Below are positions 19,692 through 28,452 of a DNA stretch of 64,000 bases, one piece after another (within the stretch, counting starts at the first letter, position 1; each line of letters starts with the position of its first letter). Where the stretch lies: NCBI GenBank assembly GCA_963709435.1, contig CAVPWK010000010.1:111399-175398 (forward strand), in the 5' to 3' direction. Source of the DNA: an uncultured Verrucomicrobiae bacterium. GTDB lineage: Bacteria; Verrucomicrobiota; Verrucomicrobiia; Chthoniobacterales; UBA10450. Made by a program: the position numbers and the translations under genes. The notes under the pieces were generated by a model, which was not told where the DNA came from, made no database searches, and saw only the letters and a program-made list of their open reading frames with translations.

Positions 19692-20585
19692 ATGCGTCTC
19701 GGGATTTTGATTCTAATTTTAGCGGTTGCGATTAGCGGGAACACACGTGGCGCGGTGACTTTGCCGATGCGCACCGTTTTCAAAGGGCAGGATCGTTTCG
19801 AGCAACTCGTAGTGCGTGCGAAAGCCGGGAACTGGAAAACATTGCCGATCGGGGAACGGACTGCGGCAGTGGGCCAGGCGATGGTAGGAACGCCCTACCG
19901 TTTTTACACGCTCGAAGTCGATGACCGGATTGAGTCGCCCTCGGTCAATTTCACCGGACTCGATTGCTGGACCTTTTTCGAAACCGCTCTCGCCTTCGCA
20001 CGGATGCTGGACGAGCCCGAAACAAATTGGACGCCCGCCCAATTGTTACGCTACATCGAGATGGATCGTTATCGCCACGGGGAATGCACGGGTGAATATC
20101 TTTCTCGCCTCCATTACCTCGAAGATTGGCTTTACGACAATGACCGGCGCGGTCTGGTTGCTGATCTGACGCGCTCGCTTGGTGGTGTCAGCGTGCCGCA
20201 TTCGGCCCGGGAAATGACAAGCGGCTGGCGGCATTATCGCTACCTTGTGCACAATCGCGGCTTGCTTCGACCCCTCGCGGATATGGAAGCGCAAGTTTCT
20301 TCGCGGCCGCTCTACGAAATTCCCACGCGCCGCGTGGCCGCGATCGAATCGCGACTGCGCAGTGGCGACATCATCGGCATTGTCTCGCGCGATGGCCGCC
20401 GCAGTTCACTGCGCTCGACGTCGCACGTCGGCCTGGCATTGCGCACGTCCGATGGAACTCTCCACTTCATGCATGCTTCCGCGCCGCATAACTACGGAAG
20501 AGTGGTGATTGATTCGCGGCTCTCGGATTATCTTTATCGCTACAGTTCCGACACCGGGATCCTGGTGGCGCGTCCGCTGCGCTAG
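19692..20585 (+). CDS. DUF1460 (amidase-like) domain protein, secreted
   Basis: The signal peptide MRLGILILILAVAISG begins at ATG 19692. GTPYRFYTLE...LDCWTFFETALAFAR resembles DUF1460. The upstream part of the track ORF is antisense to rarA. Confidence 0.65.
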   Translation: MRLGILILILAVAISGNTRGAVTLPMRTVFKGQDRFEQLVVRAKAGNWKTLPIGERTAAVGQAMVGTPYRFYTLEVDDRIESPSVNFTGLDCWTFFETALAFARMLDEPETNWTPAQLLRYIEMDRYRHGECTGEYLSRLHYLEDWLYDNDRRGLVADLTRSLGGVSVPHSAREMTSGWRHYRYLVHNRGLLRPLADMEAQVSSRPLYEIPTRRVAAIESRLRSGDIIGIVSRDGRRSSLRSTSHVGLALRTSDGTLHFMHASAPHNYGRVVIDSRLSDYLYRYSSDTGILVARPLR

Positions 20586-20597
20586 CGCCAGATTCGC

Positions 20598-20909
20598 CTA
20601 ATCCTCTTTCCGGTCGCGAAATTCGATCAGTAATTTCTCCAGACGCGCAATCGCGGCCTCGGCGTCGGCGCCGCGTGCTTCCAGCATGGCGCTGGCGCCC
20701 TTGTCGAGATTGGCGCGGAGCACATCGATCAGGCTGGCGGCTGAAAATCGTTGCTTGTCTTTAATCAAAGTGATTTCGGAGCGGAACCTGTTGGCGACGC
20801 GGACAAACTCCGCTGCCGGCCGGGCATGAAGCCCAAGCTCGTTTTGCACCGTGATCTGACGCGAGACCACGATCAATTTGTCGGCGGGATGGGATCGTCG
20901 CAGGATCAT
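20598..20909 (-). CDS. ptsH: HPr family phosphocarrier protein
   Basis: GLHARPAAEF active-site His region, with a short N-terminal extension. Confidence 0.85.
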   Translation of the reverse strand: MILRRSHPADKLIVVSRQITVQNELGLHARPAAEFVRVANRFRSEITLIKDKQRFSAASLIDVLRANLDKGASAMLEARGADAEAAIARLEKLLIEFRDRKED

Positions 20910-21670
20910 GGGTTTGTACCCCAGCGGCGGTGAAGGAAACGTTCCACCGGGGAAAAGAGAATTTTGTCGGCCAGCAGCCCGATGACAACAATCACCAGCA
21001 TGATGCCAATGACCTGGTCCATGGCACTCAACTCGCGGCCGTAATGAAGCAATTGTCCGAGTCCAAATCCCGTTAGAATGGTTACGAAAATCTCGGCCGC
21101 CATCAGTGACCGCCAGGCGAAGGCCCAGCCCTGTTTCATTCCGCTAACGATAAATGGGAGCGCCGCCGGCAGTATGACCTTGAGCCAGATGTGCAAACGC
21201 TTTGATCCCATGGTCAGAGCGGCCCGCGGGTAAATCGGCGGGACATGGCGCACCCCCGTATCAGTGGCGATCACGACAGACCAGAGGGTGCCCATGACGA
21301 CGACAAAAAGCATGGCGGCTTCGGTTTGGCCGAACCACAAGAGGGCAAGCGGGACCCAGCACACGCTGGGCAAAGTTTGCAGGCCGAGCGCCAGGGTTCC
21401 GATGGTATCGTGAAAAACTTTCCAGCGCGCGGTTAGCAACCCGAGCGGCAATCCCCCAATGAGCCCGATAACATAACCAATGAGCAACCGGCGCATGGTT
21501 ATCACGGTAGCGCTTAGCAGAGTGCCATCCGCGGCCGTTGTTTTCAGATACTCCGCCACCTGCTGCGGGGCCGGCAACAAGACCGGCGACCAGATTTTCG
21601 CGCGAAAAGCCCAGTCCCAAAGGGCAATCAGGATGGCGAAAAAAAGAAAGGCCAGGAGGAATCGTTTCAT
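20906..21670 (-). CDS. ABC transporter permease (nitrate/sulfonate/taurine type)
   Basis: 254 aa, six TM segments, BPD_transp_1-like EAA region. The stop overlaps neighbouring genes (operon). Confidence 0.85.
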   Translation of the reverse strand: MKRFLLAFLFFAILIALWDWAFRAKIWSPVLLPAPQQVAEYLKTTAADGTLLSATVITMRRLLIGYVIGLIGGLPLGLLTARWKVFHDTIGTLALGLQTLPSVCWVPLALLWFGQTEAAMLFVVVMGTLWSVVIATDTGVRHVPPIYPRAALTMGSKRLHIWLKVILPAALPFIVSGMKQGWAFAWRSLMAAEIFVTILTGFGLGQLLHYGRELSAMDQVIGIMLVIVVIGLLADKILFSPVERFLHRRWGTNP

Positions 21671-22497
21671 TTCGCTGTTCCAACCTCGGATTGGGCACCG
21701 CTCTTGAGTGCGTGGGTAATTCGGCTGGCGTAGCTCGCGAGTTCGACGCTGTTAAGGTCGCGTGGGCGTGGCAGATCAATGATGAATTCCTCCTGCACCC
21801 GTCCCGGATGCGGAGAAAAAAGCAGGACCCGATCGCCCAGACAGACCGCTTCGCGGACGTTGTGGGTGACAAAGACAATGGTTTTGCGACGCGATTTCCA
21901 AATGCGCTGGAGATCTCCATACAGTTGCTCCCGGGTGAGAGCGTCGAGGGCGGCGAAGGGCTCATCCATCAGGAGGACACGCGGATTGGGGGCGAGGGCG
22001 CGGGCCAGGGCCACGCGTTGTTTCATTCCGCCCGAGAGTTCGTGGATGTTTGCGCGTTCAAATCTCGTTAGATCGACGAGCTCGAGGTAATACTTTGCCA
22101 CATCACGACGATCCTTTTTGGTGAGGTTGGGTTTTAGTTTTAGTGGGAAAAGGACATTGCCAAGGACATCGAGCCAGGGAAACAGGGCCGGTTCCTGAAA
22201 CATGACCAGGCGTTCGCGTCCCGGGCCGGTCACCGGCTTACCGTCGGCCAATACCGTTCCACTGTCTGGTTTCTCCAGACCAGCGATGATGTTAAGCAAG
22301 GTGGATTTTCCACAACCGCTCGCACCGACAATGCAAACGAATTCCGCCTCGGCTACATTCAGGCTTACCTTATCCAGGGCAAGCACGGTTCCGGCTCGAC
22401 TGCGAAAGCTTTTGGATACCTTCTCAATCGAAAGCTTGCTTGGGGAAACGAGCGCTAGCTCTTCACTGACCGAGCCGGTTTTGTGGCCGAACCTCAC
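21667..22497 (-). CDS. ABC transporter ATP-binding protein (nitrate/sulfonate/taurine type)
   Basis: Walker A GASGCGKST, signature LSGGMKQRVALARAL, Walker B LLMDEPF. Confidence 0.9.
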   Translation of the reverse strand: MRFGHKTGSVSEELALVSPSKLSIEKVSKSFRSRAGTVLALDKVSLNVAEAEFVCIVGASGCGKSTLLNIIAGLEKPDSGTVLADGKPVTGPGRERLVMFQEPALFPWLDVLGNVLFPLKLKPNLTKKDRRDVAKYYLELVDLTRFERANIHELSGGMKQRVALARALAPNPRVLLMDEPFAALDALTREQLYGDLQRIWKSRRKTIVFVTHNVREAVCLGDRVLLFSPHPGRVQEEFIIDLPRPRDLNSVELASYASRITHALKSGAQSEVGTAK

Positions 22498-23463
22498 AGA
22501 GTTTCCATCAGCTTTGAAGTATCGGTGTTACCCTTGAGAAAGCCGGCGTCCTTTCCATCCTGCACTGCCTTCTTGATTAGCTCAGCCGGCACCGCGGTTG
22601 TGAACTTAATTCGTTTCCATGCCTGTGCAACTGCCTCTGGTGCGAAAGTCGTCTTGGTTTCTTCCTTCAGTTCGTCAATCAGCAGTTTTTGCGCTTCGTC
22701 CGGATGTTGCTGCATCCAGTCTGTTAACTCGGCGTTCGCGGCCCCAATCTTCTTCACCAGATCGCGTTGACTACTAAGGAATTTGTTAGACGAGACCAGC
22801 CAGGTCGTAATGATGTCCTTGTCTTCGAGGAAGACTCGCGCCTTCGCCTCCCGCTCCAAACGCGTCACCCATGGCTCAACTGTCCAGACCGCGTCCACAC
22901 CGCCATTCTGCAGCAACGCGAGTTGATCGGGGTTATTCGTTGGCAGGACAATGACGTCACCACCAGTTTGAGTAACTTTGAATCCCTGGGCCTTCAGCCA
23001 CGCCCGGCAGGAAATGTCCTGAGTATTGCCAAGCTGTGGAGTGGCGATTTTTTTCCCGCGAAAATCAGCCGCCGTTTTAATTGGCGAATCCGCTTTAACC
23101 ACCAGGGCGGCGCCCGCATTGGCTGCTCCGCCAATCGACGCGTACTTCCTCGCCGTTGGATTTGAAGTGCGCGTTGAGCGCCGGGCCCTGGCCGACATAA
23201 GTCAGATCAAGCGACCCGGCAAACATCGCTTCCATTGCCGATGGTCCGGCATTGTAGGTAAACCACTGAATTTCCACATTCGGGCCGAGCCGCTGCTCGA
23301 ACCAGCCTTTGCCCTGCCGGGAAAGAGCATGAGCGATCACGCCCTGCGCGTGGGTGATATTTGGAAAATGACCGAAGCGAATAACGACCTTGTCTTGTGA
23401 CATACCAGTCTGCGCAAAAAGGCAGATCACGCTGGTTAACAATAGTACGAGTTTTGTTTTCAT
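22494..23463 (-). pseudogene. Sulfonate/NMT1-type ABC substrate-binding protein, frameshifted
   Basis: The N-terminal part with signal peptide (track ORF 23095..23463) and the C-terminal part (22494..23198) are in different frames. They join at ...NGEEVRV / IGGAANAGAAL near 23137. Confidence 0.75.
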
Positions 23464-23571
23464 ATTTTTGAATGGCTGAAGGTTGTCATGTGTTGTCGAA
23501 ACGTGCCCGGTCTAATGTCGGCGCATCCCGACTTAGCAACCGGAAAACCAAAATTAAAGCTTCCGTGAATA

Positions 23572-24990
23572 CTAGAACATCAGCTGTAGACGTACAAGGA
23601 CCTCGTCGAACTGATCCTCGCCCAACTGCGGATGCGCTTGCCGGAAATCCGACCAGGTATGAACGTAATTCGCCATTAGCTTGATATCGTCGCCGTGGAT
23701 GTAGTAGTTGAGACCGCCGGTAATTGAGTGAATACCGTCGTCGCCTTTTTGCCCTGGATTTAGTTGCTCCCATCTGACGACGGCTTGAAGCTTCTTCGGG
23801 ATCAGGTAGTAAGCTCCCGTTACATAGAAACCGGTTGTGGTAAAGTCGGCGAACCCTGGAGCGACGCCGTTTACGGTGCGGCCGTTGACGTATTCTTCGA
23901 GATATTCACCGATTAGATCAAATGGGCCAAGTTTAAGCGCTGCATCCAGGCCCCACGCCGTTCTTTCATCAGCGCCCGGCAGGACAAAGGGCGAAAGGGA
24001 CCCATCAGAGTTGACCAACAGGTTCAATGTTTGAGAGATATTCGTTCCCTTATCATCGCGACTGTTTAGCACGTCAGCGCCAAGCTTGAGACTCGAATCC
24101 TGACCGAAGATTTTGCCTTTGAACGGCATCAACTCCAGCCGGCCTACGTACATAAAATTATTATTGTCGTTAACGCTTACATTACGTCCGTTTCCGTTGA
24201 AGATGCCGGCGTAATAGGTCAGCAAATCCTTTTGCGCAGGCCAGATGTTGGTAAATGGCTTTCCCCAAATCTGAGCACCGACCTGTCGGTCGGGAGTGAT
24301 CGCGCCGGTAGGAAGACTGCGCTCGATAAGCAATAGGGTAGTATCCGGTGTGAGCTGCTCCAAGCCGTAGGGCGCTTTCCACTGGCCAACCTTGATCTGT
24401 GCTTCCGGAAACTGATGCCAGTTAACGAAGATGTCTGTAGCTTCGAATGCGGTGCGATTGGAGCTAAGGCCATCGCTGGTCTCAAAGTCCCCTTCGATTT
24501 TGAAGTCGAAGTTCTCGGCGAAGTCACCGGTCAGATTGATTCGCGCGCGGCGCAGGCGAAAGCGGTCTTTCAACGCAGTCTGACCAAAGCGTCCCTCGAA
24601 AGCGGAGACATCTCCATCTTCGAGATTCATCTGAATGAATCCACCCAGGACGAGTTTAAATTCCGTCCCGCGCGGCGTGACGTAAATCTGGGGTTTCTCC
24701 TCTACGGCTACGTTTTTTTCAACGTACGTTTTCCCATCGTATGTCACCACCGTTTTCGTTTTGCCCGGCACGCCCGCGACGGCAGTAGTACCTTGTTTCT
24801 TCAAACTATTGACTTCTTTTTCCAACTCGGCGTTCCGTTTTTGCAATTGCTCGACTGCCCGCTCCAACTTCTGCAGTCGGTCAGACTCGGAATTGCCGCC
24901 AGAAGTCTGCGCTCGCAGCGGTTGAGCCATCAGTAACAACAGCGGCACGGTGATGCCCATCCGAACTAATGACGATTTGTTCAAAAGCAT
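23572..24990 (-). CDS. Phosphate-selective porin O/P family outer-membrane porin
   Basis: Signal peptide, N-terminal coiled coil, GQWKAPYGLEQL...IERS pattern, and a C-terminal aromatic residue (LQLMF). Confidence 0.8.
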   Translation of the reverse strand: MLLNKSSLVRMGITVPLLLLMAQPLRAQTSGGNSESDRLQKLERAVEQLQKRNAELEKEVNSLKKQGTTAVAGVPGKTKTVVTYDGKTYVEKNVAVEEKPQIYVTPRGTEFKLVLGGFIQMNLEDGDVSAFEGRFGQTALKDRFRLRRARINLTGDFAENFDFKIEGDFETSDGLSSNRTAFEATDIFVNWHQFPEAQIKVGQWKAPYGLEQLTPDTTLLLIERSLPTGAITPDRQVGAQIWGKPFTNIWPAQKDLLTYYAGIFNGNGRNVSVNDNNNFMYVGRLELMPFKGKIFGQDSSLKLGADVLNSRDDKGTNISQTLNLLVNSDGSLSPFVLPGADERTAWGLDAALKLGPFDLIGEYLEEYVNGRTVNGVAPGFADFTTTGFYVTGAYYLIPKKLQAVVRWEQLNPGQKGDDGIHSITGGLNYYIHGDDIKLMANYVHTWSDFRQAHPQLGEDQFDEVLVRLQLMF

Positions 24991-25255
24991 TTGTTTCTCC
25001 TTGATAATTTTGCTCGCTCGGAAAGAACCTCCGGGAGTCCGGTCGGTCTATTCCCCTTGATCTAATCCGCCAGTGGTCTGGTTGGTAAATTTTTAGGTAT
25101 CTAGTTCGTCCTTTGCACTTTGCAATCGCGTCTTCTCCGTCCGCTCTATCTGAGTCACCCTCGAGTCGTGAACGACAATTTGGACGACGCCGAAGCGGAG
25201 GGACTGCACATTCTGGCGGACCAGTTCGAGCCAGTCAGAGGATAGTTGTTGGTTG

Positions 25256-25816
25256 TCAGGCGGCACGCGTTTGCCTTTCCTTTACGGGTTTCGCAGGGTT
25301 CAAACGGGGGGCGGGTAGCTCGTTCAAGACCGAACCGAGATTGAATGCGCGCGAGATAAATGGCGGCGATATTTTATCGCGCCGCATCTTGCGCAGAGTG
25401 ATCTCGACAATGTCTTCGAGACTATAACGATCTAGAATTTTGATAATGGCGGTGCGGACATCGAGCATGAGCATGCGTAAACCGCAGTGATCTTCATCGG
25501 GACAAGTGCAGCGCTCGTAGGCCGTCTCGCTGACGCAGTTAATCGGGGCCAGCGGTCCATCAATCAATCGAATGACTGAGCCAAATTTTATCTTGTTCAT
25601 TGGTCTGGCCAGAGAATAACCGCCAAGTTTCCCGCGTTTGCTCGCGACAAAACCGGCTGCTTTTAACTGAGTAAAAATTTGTTCAAGAAATTTGATCGGT
25701 AGTTTTTCTTTTGCCGCCAACTCGCTGATCTGGAGGATGGGCCGTCCGAGCTCGGCGGCGATTCCGAGGTCAATGAGAGCGCGCAATGCATATTCGCCAC
25801 GTTTGGAAAGCTTCAT
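25256..25816 (-). CDS. Rrf2 family transcriptional regulator with Cys-rich C-terminal half
   Basis: MKLSKRGEYALRALIDLG wHTH N-terminus and a Cys cluster CVSETAYERCTCPDEDHC. The start is the internal Met. Confidence 0.85.
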   Translation of the reverse strand: MKLSKRGEYALRALIDLGIAAELGRPILQISELAAKEKLPIKFLEQIFTQLKAAGFVASKRGKLGGYSLARPMNKIKFGSVIRLIDGPLAPINCVSETAYERCTCPDEDHCGLRMLMLDVRTAIIKILDRYSLEDIVEITLRKMRRDKISPPFISRAFNLGSVLNELPAPRLNPAKPVKERQTRAA

Positions 25817-25883
25817 GCCAACCGATACCGGTCGGGCTGCAAGCAGCAAGTATGATGCGCAATTGGCATGATTCGGAGAAAAG

Positions 25884-26156
25884 TCACGCTCTTACCGGAC
25901 GGCGTGCATCGGGAAAAAGCCAGGTCATCAACGTTTTTCTTCCCGCGCGCAGGAGTGCCCGCCCTGTTGTTATTCGCCGCCGCTCGCGAATAAGGCAAAA
26001 CCCTCTCTCATTTTCAAGGCCGACTGGGGCATTGCGGGCCGCCTGGGTCAGGGCAGCCGTTAAAACTAAGGCGCTAAGGACGATCTTCGCCGGTAGGCTG
26101 GGGAGCACTCCGGCTGCAACCACGCTGCTGATTATCAATAATAGAAACGTTTTCAT
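25884..26156 (-). CDS. Small hydrophobic peptide, paralogue 1 of 3
   Basis: MKTFLLLIISSVVAAGVLPSLPAKIVLSALVLTAALTQAARNAPVGLENERGF..., preceded by AGGAGG. The length of the C-terminal tail is uncertain. Confidence 0.55.
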   Translation of the reverse strand: MKTFLLLIISSVVAAGVLPSLPAKIVLSALVLTAALTQAARNAPVGLENERGFCLIRERRRITTGRALLRAGRKTLMTWLFPDARRPVRA

Positions 26157-26191
26157 CATCTTCCCTCCTGATTGTGTAACCGCTTCCTCTC

Positions 26192-26244
26192 TCATGTATA
26201 CCGGCACGGTAGGAATTAAATGTCTATCCGTCAAGTAGGAATTT
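26192..26244 (-). promoter_or_regulatory. Conserved 53-nt upstream block of peptide paralogue 1
   Basis: Nearly identical to 26761-26813. Read on the minus strand it is aaattcctacTTGACGgatagacatttaattccTACCGTgccggtatacatga. Confidence 0.45.
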
Positions 26245-26330
26245 TAAATATTTCTTCGGTTCCTGGAGCGCTCTCGGACGCCCGACAAAGCAGTGTCAGC
26301 GGGGCGGATTGAGTCGCGTCCGCTGGCGCT

Positions 26331-26513
26331 TCAAGCTACCATCGTAAGCGAATGAAAACCGCGCTCGTCCTGGCAGCCGATGGGTGCGCGGCCAGCCGCG
26401 TGGGTCAGGGCCGCCAGTAAGACAAAGGCGCTAAGGATGATTTTGGCCGGTAGACTGGGTAACACGCCGGCGATGACTGTGCTGCTGAGTGCCAATAACA
26501 GAATCGTTTTCAT
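26331..26513 (-). CDS. Small hydrophobic peptide, paralogue 2 of 3
   Basis: 60 aa: MKTILLLALSSTVIAGVLPSLPAKIILSAFVLLAALTHAAGRAPIGCQDERGFHSLTMVA. GGAGG lies upstream. Confidence 0.6.
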   Translation of the reverse strand: MKTILLLALSSTVIAGVLPSLPAKIILSAFVLLAALTHAAGRAPIGCQDERGFHSLTMVA

Positions 26514-26551
26514 AATTCTTCCTCCGGTAACGGTTTCTTCGGTTTAGAAAT

Positions 26552-26725
26552 CTACTGCTCAAACAGGAATTTTGACTTCCTTTTGCGGTTCTTGCTGAGG
26601 TGGCGACCTCCTTCGATCAGGGCGGCCAGTAAGACGAAGGCGATAAGGATAATCTTAGCCGGTAGGCTTGGAAGCATTCCGGCCGCAATCACTGTGCTCA
26701 CTGCCAATAAGAGAAACATTTTCAT
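26552..26725 (-). CDS. Small hydrophobic peptide, paralogue 3 of 3 (divergent C-terminus)
   Basis: MKMFLLLAVSTVIAAGMLPSLPAKIILIAFVLLAALIEGGRHLSKNRKRKSKFLFEQ. GAGGAG lies upstream. Confidence 0.55.
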   Translation of the reverse strand: MKMFLLLAVSTVIAAGMLPSLPAKIILIAFVLLAALIEGGRHLSKNRKRKSKFLFEQ

Positions 26726-26760
26726 GGTTTGATCTCCTCGTGGAATATCGACTCTTTCTG

Positions 26761-26813
26761 TCATGTATACGGCCACGGTAGGGATTAAATGTCTACGGGT
26801 CAAGTAGGAATTT
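26761..26813 (-). promoter_or_regulatory. Conserved 53-nt upstream block of peptide paralogue 3
   Basis: Nearly identical to 26192-26244, with the same TTGAC(C)-17 nt-TACCGT arrangement. Confidence 0.45.
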
Positions 26814-26866
26814 GAAGTTTTTTTTGGGTCTCGCTAGACCCTGGCAATTCCCGGTCGGGCGACGGT

Positions 26867-27676
26867 CTACGAGATTTCGTAGCCGAACCGCGGATTGAGC
26901 CCGGCACAGATCTGCGTCGCGTAGCTCTGGTCCTGGGCGAAAAGATATTCGCGGAAACCACCCACTTTCCCCTGCCGGACTTTGAAGGTATCCGGATCTT
27001 CGCGATCCCGCGGTTGCAGAATTTTCGAGCCGAACTCGCCTGCTGCTTCCAGCTTTTGCATATTTCGAAAATCGGAAAAGTCGAGCGCCGGACCAAACAC
27101 CGCATCGTCGATCTCTCTCTCGCCGATTGCGCGAAGCAATTCATGAAACGCTCGGGGCGGGTCGGCGCGCAGCTCTTCGTAGCGGACAATCGAAAAATCT
27201 GAGCGGTCGCCAAATTCCTCCAACCAGCCGTTCATTACCTCTACCATCGCCGCGATTCCGAAACGCGGATGCCGCAACAGATCACCGATTGCCAGCTCTT
27301 TAATCTCGCCCGGCGTTGCGGGATTGCGTCGTGTCAGTTGCATGAAATAGGAGACGAATGCATCCCGCGGATCGCGCGCCAACAGCACGATCGGCGCTTG
27401 GCGAAGAGATCGGAGGGGAATCAGATATTTTCCCCGCAACCGATCCCAAGCATTGCCTTTCGTCCGGTCCTCGAAGCGGTCATGCGAATAAACAATCCGG
27501 GGAACTCCGGCCTCGCCACGGTCGGTAAAATCGAGCGAGAATTGTTTTCCTTTCTTGTAGGCAAAATAGGCATTGAGAAACGTGCGGGCCCAAGTCCGTC
27601 CGCTTTTGGGAATGGAAATGACAATGGCGTCTGCGCCAGAAAGCTCGCGGGCGCGGCTGCTGAAATTCCATCGCAT
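26867..27676 (-). CDS. Sulfotransferase family protein
   Basis: 269 aa with 5'-PSB-like IPKSGRTW and 3'-PB-like LARDPRDAFVS motifs. No signal peptide. Confidence 0.8.
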   Translation of the reverse strand: MRWNFSSRARELSGADAIVISIPKSGRTWARTFLNAYFAYKKGKQFSLDFTDRGEAGVPRIVYSHDRFEDRTKGNAWDRLRGKYLIPLRSLRQAPIVLLARDPRDAFVSYFMQLTRRNPATPGEIKELAIGDLLRHPRFGIAAMVEVMNGWLEEFGDRSDFSIVRYEELRADPPRAFHELLRAIGEREIDDAVFGPALDFSDFRNMQKLEAAGEFGSKILQPRDREDPDTFKVRQGKVGGFREYLFAQDQSYATQICAGLNPRFGYEIS

Positions 27677-28134
27677 GGCACGATCAACCTATTCGCGTAG
27701 CGGTAGTGGTCGAACGAATGGAAACAGCAACTGAAAGTTGTCGAATTCAGCTAGTCGCGGAACGCCCTGGTTCTTCATTTGCTGGACTGCCGCGCCGTAG
27801 TTTTTGGAGCGCCGAGGAAAAATGCAAGAGGTCAGCCCCGTTCACTTCGTTACGGCCTGGCAGTCTTCGCTCCAAGGAATGAGAAATTACAGATGCTTTT
27901 TTATAAGAGCCACGATAGTGCCGGTGGAGTCGGTCAGGAAGATTACGTGCGCACCCGTATAGAAGCGGGTCGGATCCCGCTCACTCTGCAAAATATAAAC
28001 CTAAGTGAAAGTCATCGATTGTGTGGTTGGCGTGCCGAGCCGTAGCTTGCAACAAAAGTTCACCACCGTTGACAGAGTCCGCCTTCGCCAAGGCTTCGGC
28101 GCTGGAGGCGAGGGGAGTTGAACCCCTGTTCTAA

Positions 28135-28452
28135 ATTTCGCCCTCTGAATAGGCCGCGTCATGCACACGCCCGCTGGACAATCCGAAGAGTTTTTCTTGC
28201 GCATGTGGCGGCCCAGTACCGATGGTAGTGTTCGACATCTGGAGGGGGGAGATGACTGGACTCGAACTACAAGAACAACTTCGCGAGGATTCGCCGCACA
28301 CGCGCGTGCTCGTTATGACCGGACAAGTCGACCCCGGCGCTACGAACAGGGCCTTGAATGCAGGCGCCATCGCATTTTTCACCAAGCCTTTTGATGACAA
28401 CCAATTCCTTGGCGCAGTGCGTGGCGCGCTGGCAATGCACCCGATTGAATGA
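28135..28452 (+). pseudogene. Response-regulator receiver domain lacking its N-terminal acidic pocket (truncated REC)
   Basis: The frame opens only at 28135. PLDNPKSFSCACGGPVPMVVFDIW...FFTKPFDDNQFLGAVRGAL aligns with residues ~35-125 of the REC protein at 31053-31442. Confidence 0.55.

Noticed and set aside
25113-25427. Plus-strand ORF 25113..25427 (and similarly 31318..31665 and 27779..28045) in otherwise unassigned DNA.
   Set aside because: The translations have biased composition and no motifs. The first overlaps the 3' end of the Rrf2 gene. The others sit in regions better explained as promoter or leader DNA or decayed sequence.
28100-28200. A complete minus-strand tRNA (a tentative fold even gives a UCA anticodon) or a tmRNA 3' domain.
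   Set aside because: No 5' acceptor strand or D-arm is present, the variable region cannot fold, and the region upstream of it on the minus strand is protein-coding (REC remnant). Only the T-arm and acceptor fragment is credible.
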